Below, piece after piece: positions 1 to 16,460 of a DNA stretch of 64,000 nt. Source of the stretch: an uncultured Chthonomonadaceae bacterium (GTDB lineage Bacteria; Armatimonadota; Chthonomonadetes; Chthonomonadales; Chthonomonadaceae). Numbering within the stretch: position 1 is the stretch's first letter; every line of letters starts with the position of its first letter. Under the pieces are notes generated by a model. That model did not search any database. It worked only from the letters and a program-made list of their open reading frames with translations, and was not told the origin of the DNA. The position numbers and the translations under genes are program-made. The stretch is from positions 352,001-416,000 of the forward strand of contig CAWFQB010000003.1 in assembly GCA_963817895.1 (NCBI GenBank). Reading direction: 5' to 3'.

Positions 1-1
1 A

Positions 2-454
<453 letters not shown>

Positions 455-461
455 AATAATC

Positions 462-633
462 TCACCACAGAGGCACAGAGACACAGAGGTTTCACAGAGA
501 AATACAAGAGAGGATGAGAAGGGGATAAAGGGAACTTCCCGATTCACGTTTCGCGTAGAAGTTAAAACGTATCCCAACCCTGTTTCATTTTCTCTATTCT
601 CTCCTCTGTGAAACCTCTGTGCCTCTGTGGTGA
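462..633. repeat. Inverted-repeat element built of CACAGAG units between rpoB and rpoC
   Basis: Left arm TCACCACAGAGGCACAGAG(ACACAGAG)GTTTCACAGAG (462-499) is the reverse complement of 604-633 apart from one extra octamer. Confidence 0.9.
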
Positions 634-640
634 AAATTAA

Positions 641-5583
<4,943 letters not shown>

Positions 5584-5597
5584 CAAAGGACGAAGGA

Positions 5598-5638
5598 TGA
5601 AGGAAGAGGGATGAAAAATTCATCCCTCTTCCTTTTTG
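5598..5638 (+). terminator. Hairpin/terminator after rpoC, preceded by AAGGATG-type heptamers
   Basis: AAGGAAGAGGGATGAA-AAA-TTCATCCCTCTTCCTT followed by a T run. Confidence 0.75.
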
Positions 5639-5810
5639 TCCGGGTGAGTTTTGGCAGCGCGCTGTTATAACAAATTTGTAACTCCCATCATTGCGCGAAT
5701 TACTACTATAGGGCATAATGATGTGGAAAAAATTAGGTTGAAGAATTGACAGAGTACGGCAACAGAGTTCAGTATCTACCGTTGCGATAACGTGACAGAA
5801 GCGAGCGGAC

Positions 5811-8800
5811 ATGTTGGCGCAGGTATGGCGGCTCACGATGCTGGGGCGTCTGCAATTGGAACGCGGCGAATACGTCAGCGCCCGGTTTCGCACCCAAAAA
5901 GGCGGCGGGCTGCTGGCGTATCTTGCCTGCAATGCCCAACGCGCCCACCCCCGCGAAGAACTGATCGAGCGTTTCTGGCCGGAAAGCAGTCTGGAAGATG
6001 GACGGCGCAGCCTGCGCGTCGCCCTGACTTCCCTGCGCCAACAGTTGGAGCCTCCGGGCGTGGAAGCGGGCAGCGTACTGCAAGCGGATCGCGCTAACAT
6101 CCGCCTCAATCCACAGGCCGTGCAGTCGGATGTCGCCGAGTTTGAGAACTGCCTGCGACTTGCGCAGCGCGGCAAAAACGCCGGTGAGCAGATGGCGGCG
6201 CTGGAAGCGGCAATCGCTATCTATCAGGGCGATTTCCTGCCGGGTTTTTATGATGATTGGGTCTTAACGCAGCGCGAACATCTGCGCCAGTCCTGCCTCG
6301 ACGGATTGCGCAAACTGACCGAACTTGCGCTGAATTCCGGCAATTCCGACCTTGCCATTTCGTCGGCCACGCGGTGGGCGGAAATGGAACCGGGCGAAGA
6401 CGCGCAATTTGCTCTGATGCGCGCGTATGCGCAAGCGGGTCGCAATGTCGAAGCGTTGCGCCAATTCGATACCATGCGGCGCCTGTTGCGTGACGAGTTC
6501 GATGGGGAACCGTCGCCGGAAGCGCGGCGTTTCGCGCTGCATCTGCGCGAACAATCTCCTTCCTCTGCGGATGTGGACGCGCTGACGCCACTCGTTTCGC
6601 CGCCTGCGCTGCTTGTCAATGGCCTGCCCTCCGCATCCTCCGCGCCTGTTCCTGCCCCACCGCCTGCGGTATCCAGTGTCTCGCCTGCCCCCTTATTACC
6701 CTCTTCGGGCGACGCGCAGTTTCTATTACCTCTGACATTTTCGCGCTTTTTCGGGCGCGAAACGGAATTGGCGCAATTGCATGGCTTGCTGGAAAGTCTC
6801 GATACGCGCCTGCTGACGCTGACGGGACCGGGCGGCGCGGGCAAAACTCGTTTGTCGCTGGAAGCGGGGCGGAACGCGCCCGCCCGCTTTGCCGGTCGCG
6901 TCGGCTTTGTCGCCCTTGCCGATGTTGCCGATGCCGCTCTGATTCCCGCTGCCATTGCCGCCGCGCTGCATCTGCCACGCGCTTCCCCACAGGAGCCAAT
7001 GGAGCAGATTGCCGCGTGTCTTGCCGACAAGCCCGCCCTGCTGATTCTGGACAACTTCGAGCAACTCGCGGAATCGGGCAGCGTATGGGCGCGGCGTCTG
7101 CTGGACTGCGCTCCCCTTCTGACACTGCTGGTCACATCGCGCCAGACACTTAACCTGGAGGGCGAGCAGGAGTATCCGCTTTCTCCCCTGCCCACGCCTG
7201 CCCAACAGGAAACGCCCGAACGCCTGATGCGTTATGCCGGGGTACAGATGTTTGTGGATCGCGCGCAGCGCGCCCGCCCGGATTTTCAACTGACGCCGCG
7301 TAATGCCGAAGCCATCGCCGCGCTGTGTTCGCGCCTGGAGGGAATTCCCCTTGCGATTGAACTGGCTGCGGCCTGGGCGCGAGCGCCTTGACGCCCGCGC
7401 AGATGCTGGAACGCCTGACGCAGCGATTTCAGTGGCTGGTGAGTCGCCGCCGCGATATATCGCCCCGCCATCTGTCCCTCCGGGCGGCATTGGATTGGAG
7501 CTATAGGTTGCTGCCCGCCGATTTGCAGGCGTTCTGGGCGCATCTCTGCGTGTTTCGCGGCGGCTGGACGGTGGAAAGCGCCCAACTCGTGTGCGAAGAA
7601 CCCAACGCCCTGGAATTTTTACTGCGCTTGCAGGAATGTTCACTGGTAGTTGGCGAAACAACCACCGGTCAGGGAACGGACGCGGCAACAATGAGCGCGG
7701 CAGGAGATAACGTCGGGCAAGACAGCGGTATACGCTTTCGCCTGCTCGAAACCCTGCGCGAGTACGCCGGGGAACAGATGGACGCGGACGCGCTGGATGC
7801 CCTGAAGCGGCGGCATTTCAGCTGCTTTCTCGCCCTCGCCGAAGAAGCGGAACCCCACCTTAAAGGCGCGGATCAAACCCTGTGGCTGGACAGGCTGACG
7901 CGGGAACACGACAATTTTCGCGCGGCCCTGCGCGGAATGCCATCCATCCAATCCCGGCTGCGGCTGTGTGGCGCATTGTGGCGCTTCTGGGAGCGGCGCG
8001 ACCATTTTCAGGAGGGCAGGGCATGGCTGGAAGACGCGCTGGCACAACCGGAAGCGGTAGTATCGGCGCATTCCAAAAGCGGCCCCTCCTCCGTCGCGTC
8101 TGCGGCGCGGATAAAAGCGTTCAATGGCGTGGGCGGCCTGGCGTTTGCGCAGGGCAATTATGAGGCGGCAAAGCGGTTCCATACGGAAAATCTGGCCCTG
8201 TGCCGACAGTGCGGCGACAGAAAGGGGGAAGCGTCCGCGCTGAACAATCTGGGCAACACGCAGCGGGCGGAGCGCGACTACGAAGCGGCACAAAGCAACT
8301 TTGAGCAGGCGCTGGCAATTTACGAGGCTCTGGGCGATGCGTGGGCCATTGGCGCGGCGCAAAGCAACCTGGGACTTGTGGCCCTGCGCCAGTCGGATTA
8401 TGAACTGGCGACCCGGCGCATGGAAGCGGCTTTGCAGCGGTTCCAGCAGGTGGAGGATGCCGCGCAAATTGCCCTTGTGACCTGTAATATGGGCAATGTG
8501 GCTCTGGAACAGGGAGATTTTGAGCGGGCGCGCGACTGTTTCGAGATCAGCCTGCGCCTGAATCGCCGCTTGAAAAAACAGCACAGCGTGGCCCTGCTGC
8601 TGCACAACCTGGCGGAAGTCACTTATCCCCTCGAGGGCGCGAAAGCGGCGGAAACGCTTTTCGTGGAAAGCCTGCGATTGCGCCGTGAGTTGGGCAGCCG
8701 TACCGCCGTCGCTTCCGCGCTGGCCTTTCTGGGCCGGATCATGGTGGACCACAATCAAATGGAGCGCGCGGCCTGCCTGCTGGCAGCCGCGCAGATGACC

Positions 8801-9007
8801 GCCGCAGCCACCCACGCGCCCTTTTCCGCGCGGGAACAGGCGCAGGTCAAACAGGATGCGCTCAAAGCGCAGGCTGCGCTCGGCGCGTTCCCCTTTCGCC
8901 TGGCGTGGCAGAGGGGCGAGGCCATGCAAATCGAAGAGGCGATTGAATTCGCTATTATGTCGGGATCGGCTGAAACGCCGGTTGCGCGAATGGAACAGGA
9001 GAAATAA
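5811..9007 (+). CDS. AfsR/SARP-family regulator: wHTH-BTAD + STAND/NB-ARC-like ATPase + TPR (frameshift near 7385)
   Basis: LLAYLA..HPREELIERFWP, YQGDFLPGFYDDWV (BTAD), Walker A GPGGAGKT, LLILDNFE, LEGIPLAIELAA, C-terminal TPR repeats. Confidence 0.92.
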
Positions 9008-9576
9008 TGTTGAACCCATACCGTTTGTACGCGCAAAAGACAACACGCGCCCTTGCCTGCCTGCTCTGCGTCACGCTGCTTCTGGCGACAGGCAGCCGGA
9101 ACGGGCAGGCGAAGCAAACAACGCGGCGCGTGTTGAAGCACAAATCTTCCTCCCCGCATCAGGTGGGCGTTGTTACGCAGATTATCTGCATACATCTTTC
9201 GTCCACCGACCCCAACTGCCCGCTCCTGGCCGCCGGCCATGACAAGGGTACCTCTACGTCCTTTTTCACTCTGGTAACGGACAACCTGCATCTCAGCATC
9301 GAGCGGCCCGCGCCCATAGACACGTCCCTGAGCAAGGTGCGCGTGACCGTTTATGACGTGAATGATAGCGCGAATGGGCCGGTCCTCACGGTCAGCCGCT
9401 TTCTTCAGCCTTCGATCAGCGCGTTCAGCCTTGAAAAAGGCAGCCGAGATGTGTTGCTCAAGCCCATATCGCAACGCCCCGCGAACGTGCATGCCGTCAT
9501 GATTACGCTGAATGCCACAGATACGGACAAGACGCCTTTGTCCATTTCCGGCCTGCTAACGTTTCCGCAAAGGTAA
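9007..9576 (+). CDS. Hypothetical exported protein
   Basis: Start overlaps upstream stop (TAATG); hydrophobic N-terminal segment ALACLLCVTLLLA. Confidence 0.55.
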   Translation: MLNPYRLYAQKTTRALACLLCVTLLLATGSRNGQAKQTTRRVLKHKSSSPHQVGVVTQIICIHLSSTDPNCPLLAAGHDKGTSTSFFTLVTDNLHLSIERPAPIDTSLSKVRVTVYDVNDSANGPVLTVSRFLQPSISAFSLEKGSRDVLLKPISQRPANVHAVMITLNATDTDKTPLSISGLLTFPQR

Positions 9577-9615
9577 CGGTTCTTGCCGCATCCTTTTACG
9601 CATATTCCACGCTCG

Positions 9616-9653
9616 AAACACGGGAGAAGGAATCAGCCTTCTCCCGTGTTTTT
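9616..9653 (+). terminator. Rho-independent terminator
   Basis: AAACACGGGAGAAGG-AATCAG-CCTTCTCCCGTGTTT plus T tail. Confidence 0.85.
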
Positions 9654-9916
9654 GCGTCAGAAGCATTTCGGTTGAAAGCAACGGGAAACAATTGCGAAAA
9701 TAATTTAACATGGGAGCGGCTTTAGCGTTTGTGTAGCGGAAGGCGCGTATCCTGACCTCAGTTCCAACGCGAATACAATTCCAGGCTGAACGGTGTTCCT
9801 GACGACACAAAGCGGGAGTCCCCGCAGGCTCGCGACATTCGCGTCTGGCGCTGATAGACGATGCGCTGCGCATAAGTGCGCAGCGCATCCACCCACAGGA
9901 AGAAGAGGAGAAACCC

Positions 9917-10837
9917 ATGCGACACACTCTGTTCAACAGCAAACCGCTGCGCGCTCTGGCCGTCACCGGCCTGCTGTGCCTGAGCCTGCTTTCTCAGGCC
10001 CGCGCCCAGTACACCGTCACCAACACCGGCGCCAACATTTCGGGCAACGTGACCTTCATCAACGATACCTGGCTCAACGGTCAGCCGAACCATCTGGCGC
10101 TCGTTACCCACTGCTGGAACCCGTATGGACGTGGCGGGGTTTACCTCAACAGTCAGATTGGCGTCTGGTACAGCTCATCCATGCTTGAGTCCGCCGTATT
10201 CACGCAGAACTTATCGTCCATGCCCCTGAACACCGGGTTCAATGTGTGGAGCCTGGATGCCGACGGCACGGCATTCACGCAGCAGGCGAACGCGGGAAAT
10301 ACCGTCGGCCAGTCCACCTATATCAACAACCCGCAAACCAACGGACATCCCGAAGCGCGCGTGTTCATGTCGGCCAACTTCAACCCCAATGGCGCAGGTT
10401 CTAACATTTACAACAACCATCCTACCGGAGTCTGGTACGATACGTTCAAGGGCAAGTGGGCGATTTACAATCAGGATTTGGCTGCCATGCCGCCCGGAGC
10501 CGCGTTCAACGTGAAAGTGCTGCCGCCGCCGAATATGCAGGATTACGCTTTCAACTACTACACGCACACCGCCACCTCGAGCAATACGGTCGGCAACGTG
10601 ACCTTCCTGACGTTCGGGCAGGCGTATGGCCGGGCTTACCAGAATTGCGCCGTCATTGTCACTCCTGTTTTTAATCCTAACTCCACTCCCTTTGGAATTA
10701 GCGGTGTCTATGACACGCATAACATCGGCGTGTATTACGATGCGACGCAAGGCAAATGGGGAATTTACCACGAGGACAGAACCCCTATTCCGGCAGGCGC
10801 GGCCTACAACGTTCGCATCACGCCGGTTCCCGGTTAA
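9917..10837 (+). CDS. Secreted protein with three ~95-aa internal repeats (possibly DUF7452-like)
   Basis: AGGAG RBS, signal peptide ending ARA-Q; repeated motif NP..G..Y....IGVWY.....KW.I...D...MP.GA.FNV. Confidence 0.85.
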   Translation: MRHTLFNSKPLRALAVTGLLCLSLLSQARAQYTVTNTGANISGNVTFINDTWLNGQPNHLALVTHCWNPYGRGGVYLNSQIGVWYSSSMLESAVFTQNLSSMPLNTGFNVWSLDADGTAFTQQANAGNTVGQSTYINNPQTNGHPEARVFMSANFNPNGAGSNIYNNHPTGVWYDTFKGKWAIYNQDLAAMPPGAAFNVKVLPPPNMQDYAFNYYTHTATSSNTVGNVTFLTFGQAYGRAYQNCAVIVTPVFNPNSTPFGISGVYDTHNIGVYYDATQGKWGIYHEDRTPIPAGAAYNVRITPVPG

Positions 10838-10870
10838 ACCCTGCGCTGCCTCATCGCGCCGGAAAATTGG

Positions 10871-10914
10871 CAGCAAGCGGGCAGAGGGATACTATTCCCT
10901 CTGCCCGCTTGCTG
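10871..10914. terminator. Hairpin between convergent genes (likely bidirectional terminator)
   Basis: CAGCAAGCGGGCAGAGGGA-TACTAT-TCCCTCTGCCCGCTTGCTG perfect 19-bp stem. Confidence 0.8.
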
Positions 10915-10933
10915 TTGCAGGAAACGAACGATT

Positions 10934-11990
10934 TCAGGCGTCCTCTGCCCTTTCGCGGATTTCAACGGGCGCGAGTTCTACTTCATTCCCGATGAGTTCG
11001 CGCTCGGACACAACAGGCGCAATATCATCCTCCAGTTGCAGCGCGTCGCGCGTCGGGATGCGCTTGCTGCCCCTGCCTTTGCCGCGCCGCATAGCTGTTG
11101 CCAGTTCGCGGACACGGACGCGCCCCGATTCCAGCGATTCTTTGTAGATTTCTCTTCGCCTGCGCGGACGTGACCTGTTCGCCCGTCTCATAATACAGTT
11201 GCGCGGCTCTGCCGACTGTTGCCGTACCCGCATACGCGATGGCGGGTTTGGCAAGGAAGCCGACAACGGGTATCAGGCCGACCAGTTCACGCGCAATTGC
11301 CCGCCAGCCGAAAGCGTTGGCAAGGATGGGCGCGATCTCTTTCATACGGCTTTTGTAGTCCAGCGGCAGGCCATACGCGGCGGCAAGGCGCAGGGTCATC
11401 AGGGTTTGGTTTTTGGTCAGGATAATCACGTCGCTCAATGCCGCGCCCGGAAAACCGATTTCGCGCAGAATAGGGAACGCTTCGGCCACGCCTGTCACGA
11501 GGGAAAACTGCGCGTTCGCGCTGGCCGTATCGCTGATGATCTTTTGCGCGGCGCGGCGGCGAAACACGGGGAAGTTACGCGCAAGGGCCATAACCAGAGC
11601 GGATTTATCTTCCATGATGCGGTCGAGCGTGGCTTCCCATCCGCCCAACTCCGCCACCGAGTAGACTACCAACCCTTCCGGCGCGCCCTCCCGGCTGCCA
11701 TTCCCCACATCAATCACAAAGTCGTACACGCCCGTCTGACGCGGGAATTTCGCGTCTTCGGTAAGCGATTCATAGCCCTGCACAAAGGCCGGTTCGGGAA
11801 CAGCCACCGGTGAGGGCAGCGCCAGCCCATCTTGCGCGTCCGTCTGAAACAGCGCGCGAATGGCTTCCGCCCGGACAGCCTCCGGCCCCACAACGGCGAC
11901 ACTGAGCGGGCGATTGGCTTCCCGCGCAATCTCCGTCACCGACATGCTCTTGATAATGTCCCACGCGCCCTTCGGCCCCGGCTTGCCCAT
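10934..11990 (-). CDS. DUF697/YcjF-like membrane-associated protein (frameshift near 11155)
   Basis: SDVIILTKNQTLMTLRLAAAYG...FGWRAIARELVGLIPVVG..KPAIAYAGT pattern typical of DUF697. Confidence 0.75.
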
Positions 11991-12005
11991 GTAAACCCCC
12001 GATGC

Positions 12006-12073
12006 AGGTTGTTAGTTGTTAGGTTGTTAGGTTGTTATGAAAGACTTACGATAAGAGATATCCTAACAACTAA
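12006..12073. repeat. AGGTTGTT/AACAACCT tandem-repeat hairpin; its right arm is split by the IS and continues at 13372-13388
   Basis: AGGTTGTTAGTTGTTAGGTTGTTAGGTTGTT on the left; CCTAACAACTAA|CAACCTAACAACCT on either side of the IS. Confidence 0.85.
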
Positions 12074-13371
12074 GGGACTCTCAAAGATTAAAGTATGCCA
12101 CTAAATATGGAAGAACCTGCTAATATAACGCAGGAGTGGCTCAGTGGAACTTACGGATAGTCTCAAGACCGTGTTCAGAGAAACGGCCCAGACGCTCAAA
12201 GGGAGTGCCCGCCGCCTGTTTATGGCACGCATCGTCGCAGAACTCGGCGCAGGCGGACAGCGCCGCGCCCAACGCGAACTGGGATGGAACCGCGATACGC
12301 TGCGCAAAGGCGCTCATGAATTGCGTAGCGGCTTCACCTGTGTCGATGCATTTCGCTTGCGCGGACGCAAACCCGCCGAAGCGCATTTACCGCATCTGCT
12401 TGACGACATCCGTGCCCTTGTCGATGGGCAAAGCCAGACCGATCCGCAATTTCGTAACAACCGACTTTATACCCGCTTGACGGCTGCCGAAGTGCGGCGT
12501 CAGTTGATTGCGCAAAAAGGCTATACGGACGCCGAACTACCCTGTGAGGAGAGCCTTCGGCAACGGCTTACCTTCTTGGGCTACCATCCCAAGAAGGTGC
12601 AGAAGAGCCAACCCAAAAAAAGATCGCCGAAACCGAGGCTATCTTTGACCACTTGAGCCAAGTCAATCCGCAAGCCGACGCCGATCCCCATGTGCTACGG
12701 GTGTCGCTGGATGCCAGGGCGACCGTCAAGGTAGGCGAGTATTCCCGGGGTGGCACGAACCGCGTCCAGGTCCATGCCGCCGACCATGACTTTCATCCCG
12801 ACGCCCAGGTGACGCCGGTCGGCTTGCTGTTGCCGTCTTTAGACGAACTTGCCTTGTATGCGGTGACCTCCAAGGTGACAAGTGACTGTCTGGCCGACAT
12901 TGTGCAGCATTGGTGGGAAGCCAACCGTGTCCGCTTCGCCCATATCACGACGTTGCACCTCAACCTCGACAATGGCCCGGAGTGTCAGAGCCGACGCGCG
13001 CAGTTCCTGCACCGGCTCGTGCAGTTTGTCGCCGAAACCGGACTGCGCATCCAGTTGGCGTACTATCCGCCTTACCACAGCAAGTACAATCCTATCGAAC
13101 GCTGTTGGGGCGTTGTGGAGAACCATTGGAACGGCGACTTACTCGACAGTGTAGACGCCGTAGTCAACTTTGCCCGCTCCATGACCTGGAAGGGAAAGCA
13201 CCCGCGCGTAGAGTTGCTGGAAACGACCTATGCCATCGGGGTCAAGTTGAGCCAGAAAGCCATGAAGGCTGTCGAGACACAGGTACGCCGACTACCCGGC
13301 TTGGACAAGTGGTTCGTTGAGATACGACCCGACACCGTTGCCAATGGAACAGTTTAATTCTTGAGAATCCC
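12074..13371 (+). mobile_element. ISAzo13-family insertion sequence
   Basis: Imperfect terminal IRs GGGACTCTCAAAGATTAAA / TTTAATTCTTGAGAATCCC, 3-bp TAA direct repeats at 12071-12073 and 13372-13374. Confidence 0.92.
12144..13357 (+). CDS. ISAzo13-family (Rhodopirellula-type DDE) transposase in two ORFs joined at an A7 run (12615-12621)
   Basis: Motifs SLDARATVKVG, LDNGPEC, YYPPYHSKYNPIERCWG; second ORF is in the -1 frame. Confidence 0.92.
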
Positions 13372-13394
13372 TAACAACCTAACAACCTATACTC

Positions 13395-14193
13395 CTATAA
13401 TTTGAAAACGTCGTCACTCAGTCCCACATTGACGCGCGTATTGGTGTAAGTAGTCACGCCGGCTTTTTCGTTTTCGTTGTTGAACAACTCGATGCGCGAC
13501 GGGAACCAGATACCGGGCGCAATCTCTCTGGGTTCGCGGTACAGCCAGATGGAGCGCAGTTTGCCGCCGCTGATGTCCTGCGCGTACTCTTCGCGCTTCA
13601 GGGTGATTTTGGTTTTGGGGTCTATCCAGACGATGCGATGCGACGAGTCCTCATTGCGGTCTTTGTAGGTGATTTTGAAGACCGCGCAGGGCGTACCCTC
13701 AAACGGGCGTTCGCCAATGAATTCGCCCTGCGCATACGTCAGGTACGCCTCGGAAACCAGCCCCATGTCCAGCAGGGATTTGCGCTTGCCCGGCGTTTTG
13801 CCCAGGCTGTCCGTCTTCTTGATCCCCAAAACGGCGAACGTCTGTTTGGTATCGTTGATTATCAGGGTGCCTTTACTGGCCCCAATCTGTCCATCCGCCC
13901 GGAACTTGTTCTCTTCCTTATAGCGGATACGCACGTTGCCCTTCAACTGGTACATCATGCCAATATCTTTGTTGATCTTGCGGGCGGCGGCATCGTCGTG
14001 AAAAGTGGCGACCATACGTGGTATCGAAATCGTCCAGTTTCGGCGCGACGTAATCATTGAGATTCGCGCTGATTTTAGCGGGCGGAGCGGCAAGGGCGTT
14101 TTGTCGCGCAGACGGGACGGCTAACACCCCTCCAAACCCGATCAGCGCAAGCGGAAGCAGAGCGGCGCGAAACGCGCGTTTTGTAACCAACAT
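13395..14193 (-). CDS. LolA-like / outer-membrane lipoprotein-sorting fold exported protein (frameshift near 14015)
   Basis: Signal peptide MLVTKRAFRAALLPLALIGFGG; C-terminal HRIVWIDPKTKITLKREEY...WFPSRIE...YTNTRVNVGLSDDVF. Confidence 0.75.
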
Positions 14194-14473
14194 TCCAAAC
14201 TTCTCCTTTGAAAACAAACACATTACATCCGGGCGAATATCGCCACGAAGCTGAAAACGTTATGGATTATGTTCCGCGTCTACCGGAACACGATAAAGGC
14301 TGTCGAACAAATGCAGGCGCAAACATCTTTCTCATAGGACGCAAGCCGAGAGCCATTGTTACACCGCGCGCCGCGCCCATTTTGGAACACGCGTCGCGAC
14401 AGCAAGGAATTTGCCCCCTGTATCGCGTACTATACAAGTAGTTTACCGCGCAAGCGCGCGAAAAGGAAACCTG

Positions 14474-15288
14474 TTGAACGCTTCACCCTCTAATACGTCC
14501 GTACCCATTGTATCTACGGCAGTTCCGCCACCCAGCCTGCTGGAAGCCACCTTTCTGCACGCGCAGGCCATTGGCCGGACAACCGAGCGCAAGTTATGGG
14601 ACGCGGGCGCGACGGATTGGGATCGCTATTTATCTCAACCCGATACCGATTGGCCGCTCACCCGCGCTCAACGCGCTCTGCTCACTCCGATTGTGGCCGA
14701 ATCGAAAGAGCGATTGGAAGCGGAAGATTTCGCGTGGTTTGCCGACCTGCTGCCGCAAAGCGAACACTGGCGGGCCACTACCGCCTTCGGACACAGGCTG
14801 GCATTCGTGGACATCGAAACCAATGGCGGGATGCGGGCGGACGATCTAACGGTCGTAGGGTGTACGACGGCTGGAAAATGCGGCAGTACGTGAAGGGGCA
14901 GAACCTCCACGATTTCCCCGAAAGCATTGCCGACGCGGCGATACTGGTGACGTTTTTCGGCACGGGCTTCGATGTGCCGTTTTTGCGACGCGCGTTTCCC
15001 CATCTGCCGTTTAACCAGATGCACATAGATTTGTGCTACATGCTCAAGCGTCTCGGCTATCGGGGCGGCTTGAAGCACATCGAGGGGCAAATGGGAATAT
15101 CCCGTTCCAATGCGACGACGGGGCTTTCCGGTTGGGACGCGGTCCGGCTGTGGCGCGAGTACCGAACCGGACGGCGCGGTTCGCTGGAAACCCTGCTCGC
15201 TTACAACGCTGAAGATGTGCGCAATATGTCCGATTTATTAGCGGAGGGCTACCGGCGGTTGGCGCGTAAAACGCTCGACAGGGAGTAG
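14474..15288 (+). CDS. RNase H-like (YprB/DEDD-type) exonuclease (frameshift near 14860; start uncertain)
   Basis: AFVDIETNG, VTFFGTGFDVPFL, HIDL, GGLKHIE, LLAYNAEDV motifs. Confidence 0.85.
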
Positions 15289-15310
15289 GAAGCAGCAAAA
15301 CTGAAGGCTG

Positions 15311-16415
15311 TCATTCTGCAATATCTTCCTCTATCACATCCAACTGCCTGAATTTGGCTTCCAGTTCTTCGATGGTCGGCAGACTGCCTTTAAGCGCGTC
15401 GGGCAAGGTAGCTGCCAACTGGTACTCGGCAACGCCAATGGGATGTGTCGTTTCCCGTAACGTGTACTCTACAATCAAACGCTTTTGGTCTTGCACAAAA
15501 TCAGTCCAATGGAGGGCGCGTCGGTTTCATGCCGTATCTGCGCGTCAACAGCGGACAGGTAGAACTGCATTTTGCCAGCATACTCCGGCTTGAAATTGGT
15601 AGTTTTGAGTTCGATAACAATAAAACAGCGCAGCTTCAAGTGATAGAACAGCAGGTCAATGAAAAGTCCTCGCCCTCCACCTCCAAAGGATACTGGCTGC
15701 CCACAAACGAAAAGCCGACCCCCAGTTCCAGCAGAAAGTTACGGACATGCTGCACCAACGCGCGTTCCACGTCGCGTTCCTCGGCTTCTTTGCTCAACCC
15801 CGTAAAACCAAATACGTATGGGTCTTTGAGCATCTGCCGCGCCATGTCCGACTGCGGTTTGGGCAGAGCGCGTTCAAAATTGGTGATGGCTTTGCCCTGC
15901 CGCGCATAAAGATTGGTTTCAATCTGCAACTCTAAAACACTGCGGCTCCAGCCGTACTCGATGGCAGCGCGTATGTACCATTCACGCTCCGCAACATCCG
16001 CCACGCGGTCCAGAAGACGAATATTGTGGCCCCACGGTAATTGTCCAACAAGCTGTTGGACAATTAACTCTTCCGGCCAGGCTTCGGCAAAGGCGCGCAT
16101 GTAAAGCAGATTTGTGCGGGAAAGTCCCTTCATATCAGGAAAGGCATTTCGCAGGTCGTTTGCCAGCCGCTCAATTACTTTCGCGCCCCAACCCTGCTGC
16201 CGCTGACGGGCCAGAATGTCGCGCCCGATGCTCCAGTACAACAATACCAGTTCGCGATTGACCGCCAGCATCGCTTTCACCTGTGTCGTCTGGATGCGAA
16301 CTTTCAACTCGGCCAAAAAGCCCTGATACTCTCCATACGCATCCGGCGTGAACAGGCTGTCGCCATTTTGTGTTGTTTCGTGTTGGTCTTTCGTATCTGT
16401 GTCAGGCATTATCAT
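15311..16415 (-). CDS. DUF1016/YhcG-family PD-(D/E)XK nuclease-domain protein (frameshifts)
   Basis: VNRELVLLYWSIGRDI..QQGWGAKVIERLA, KDPYVF, LLELGVGFSFVGSQY, PIGVAEYQL..LPTIEELE. Confidence 0.92.
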
Positions 16416-16460
16416 CTCCCTGCAAAACTCGTGTCAGGAATATTCTGAGTGGTTGAAAGA

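Noticed and set aside
12615..12621. Proven programmed frameshift in the transposase
   Set aside because: Plausible at the A7 run but cannot be distinguished from the homopolymer errors seen throughout
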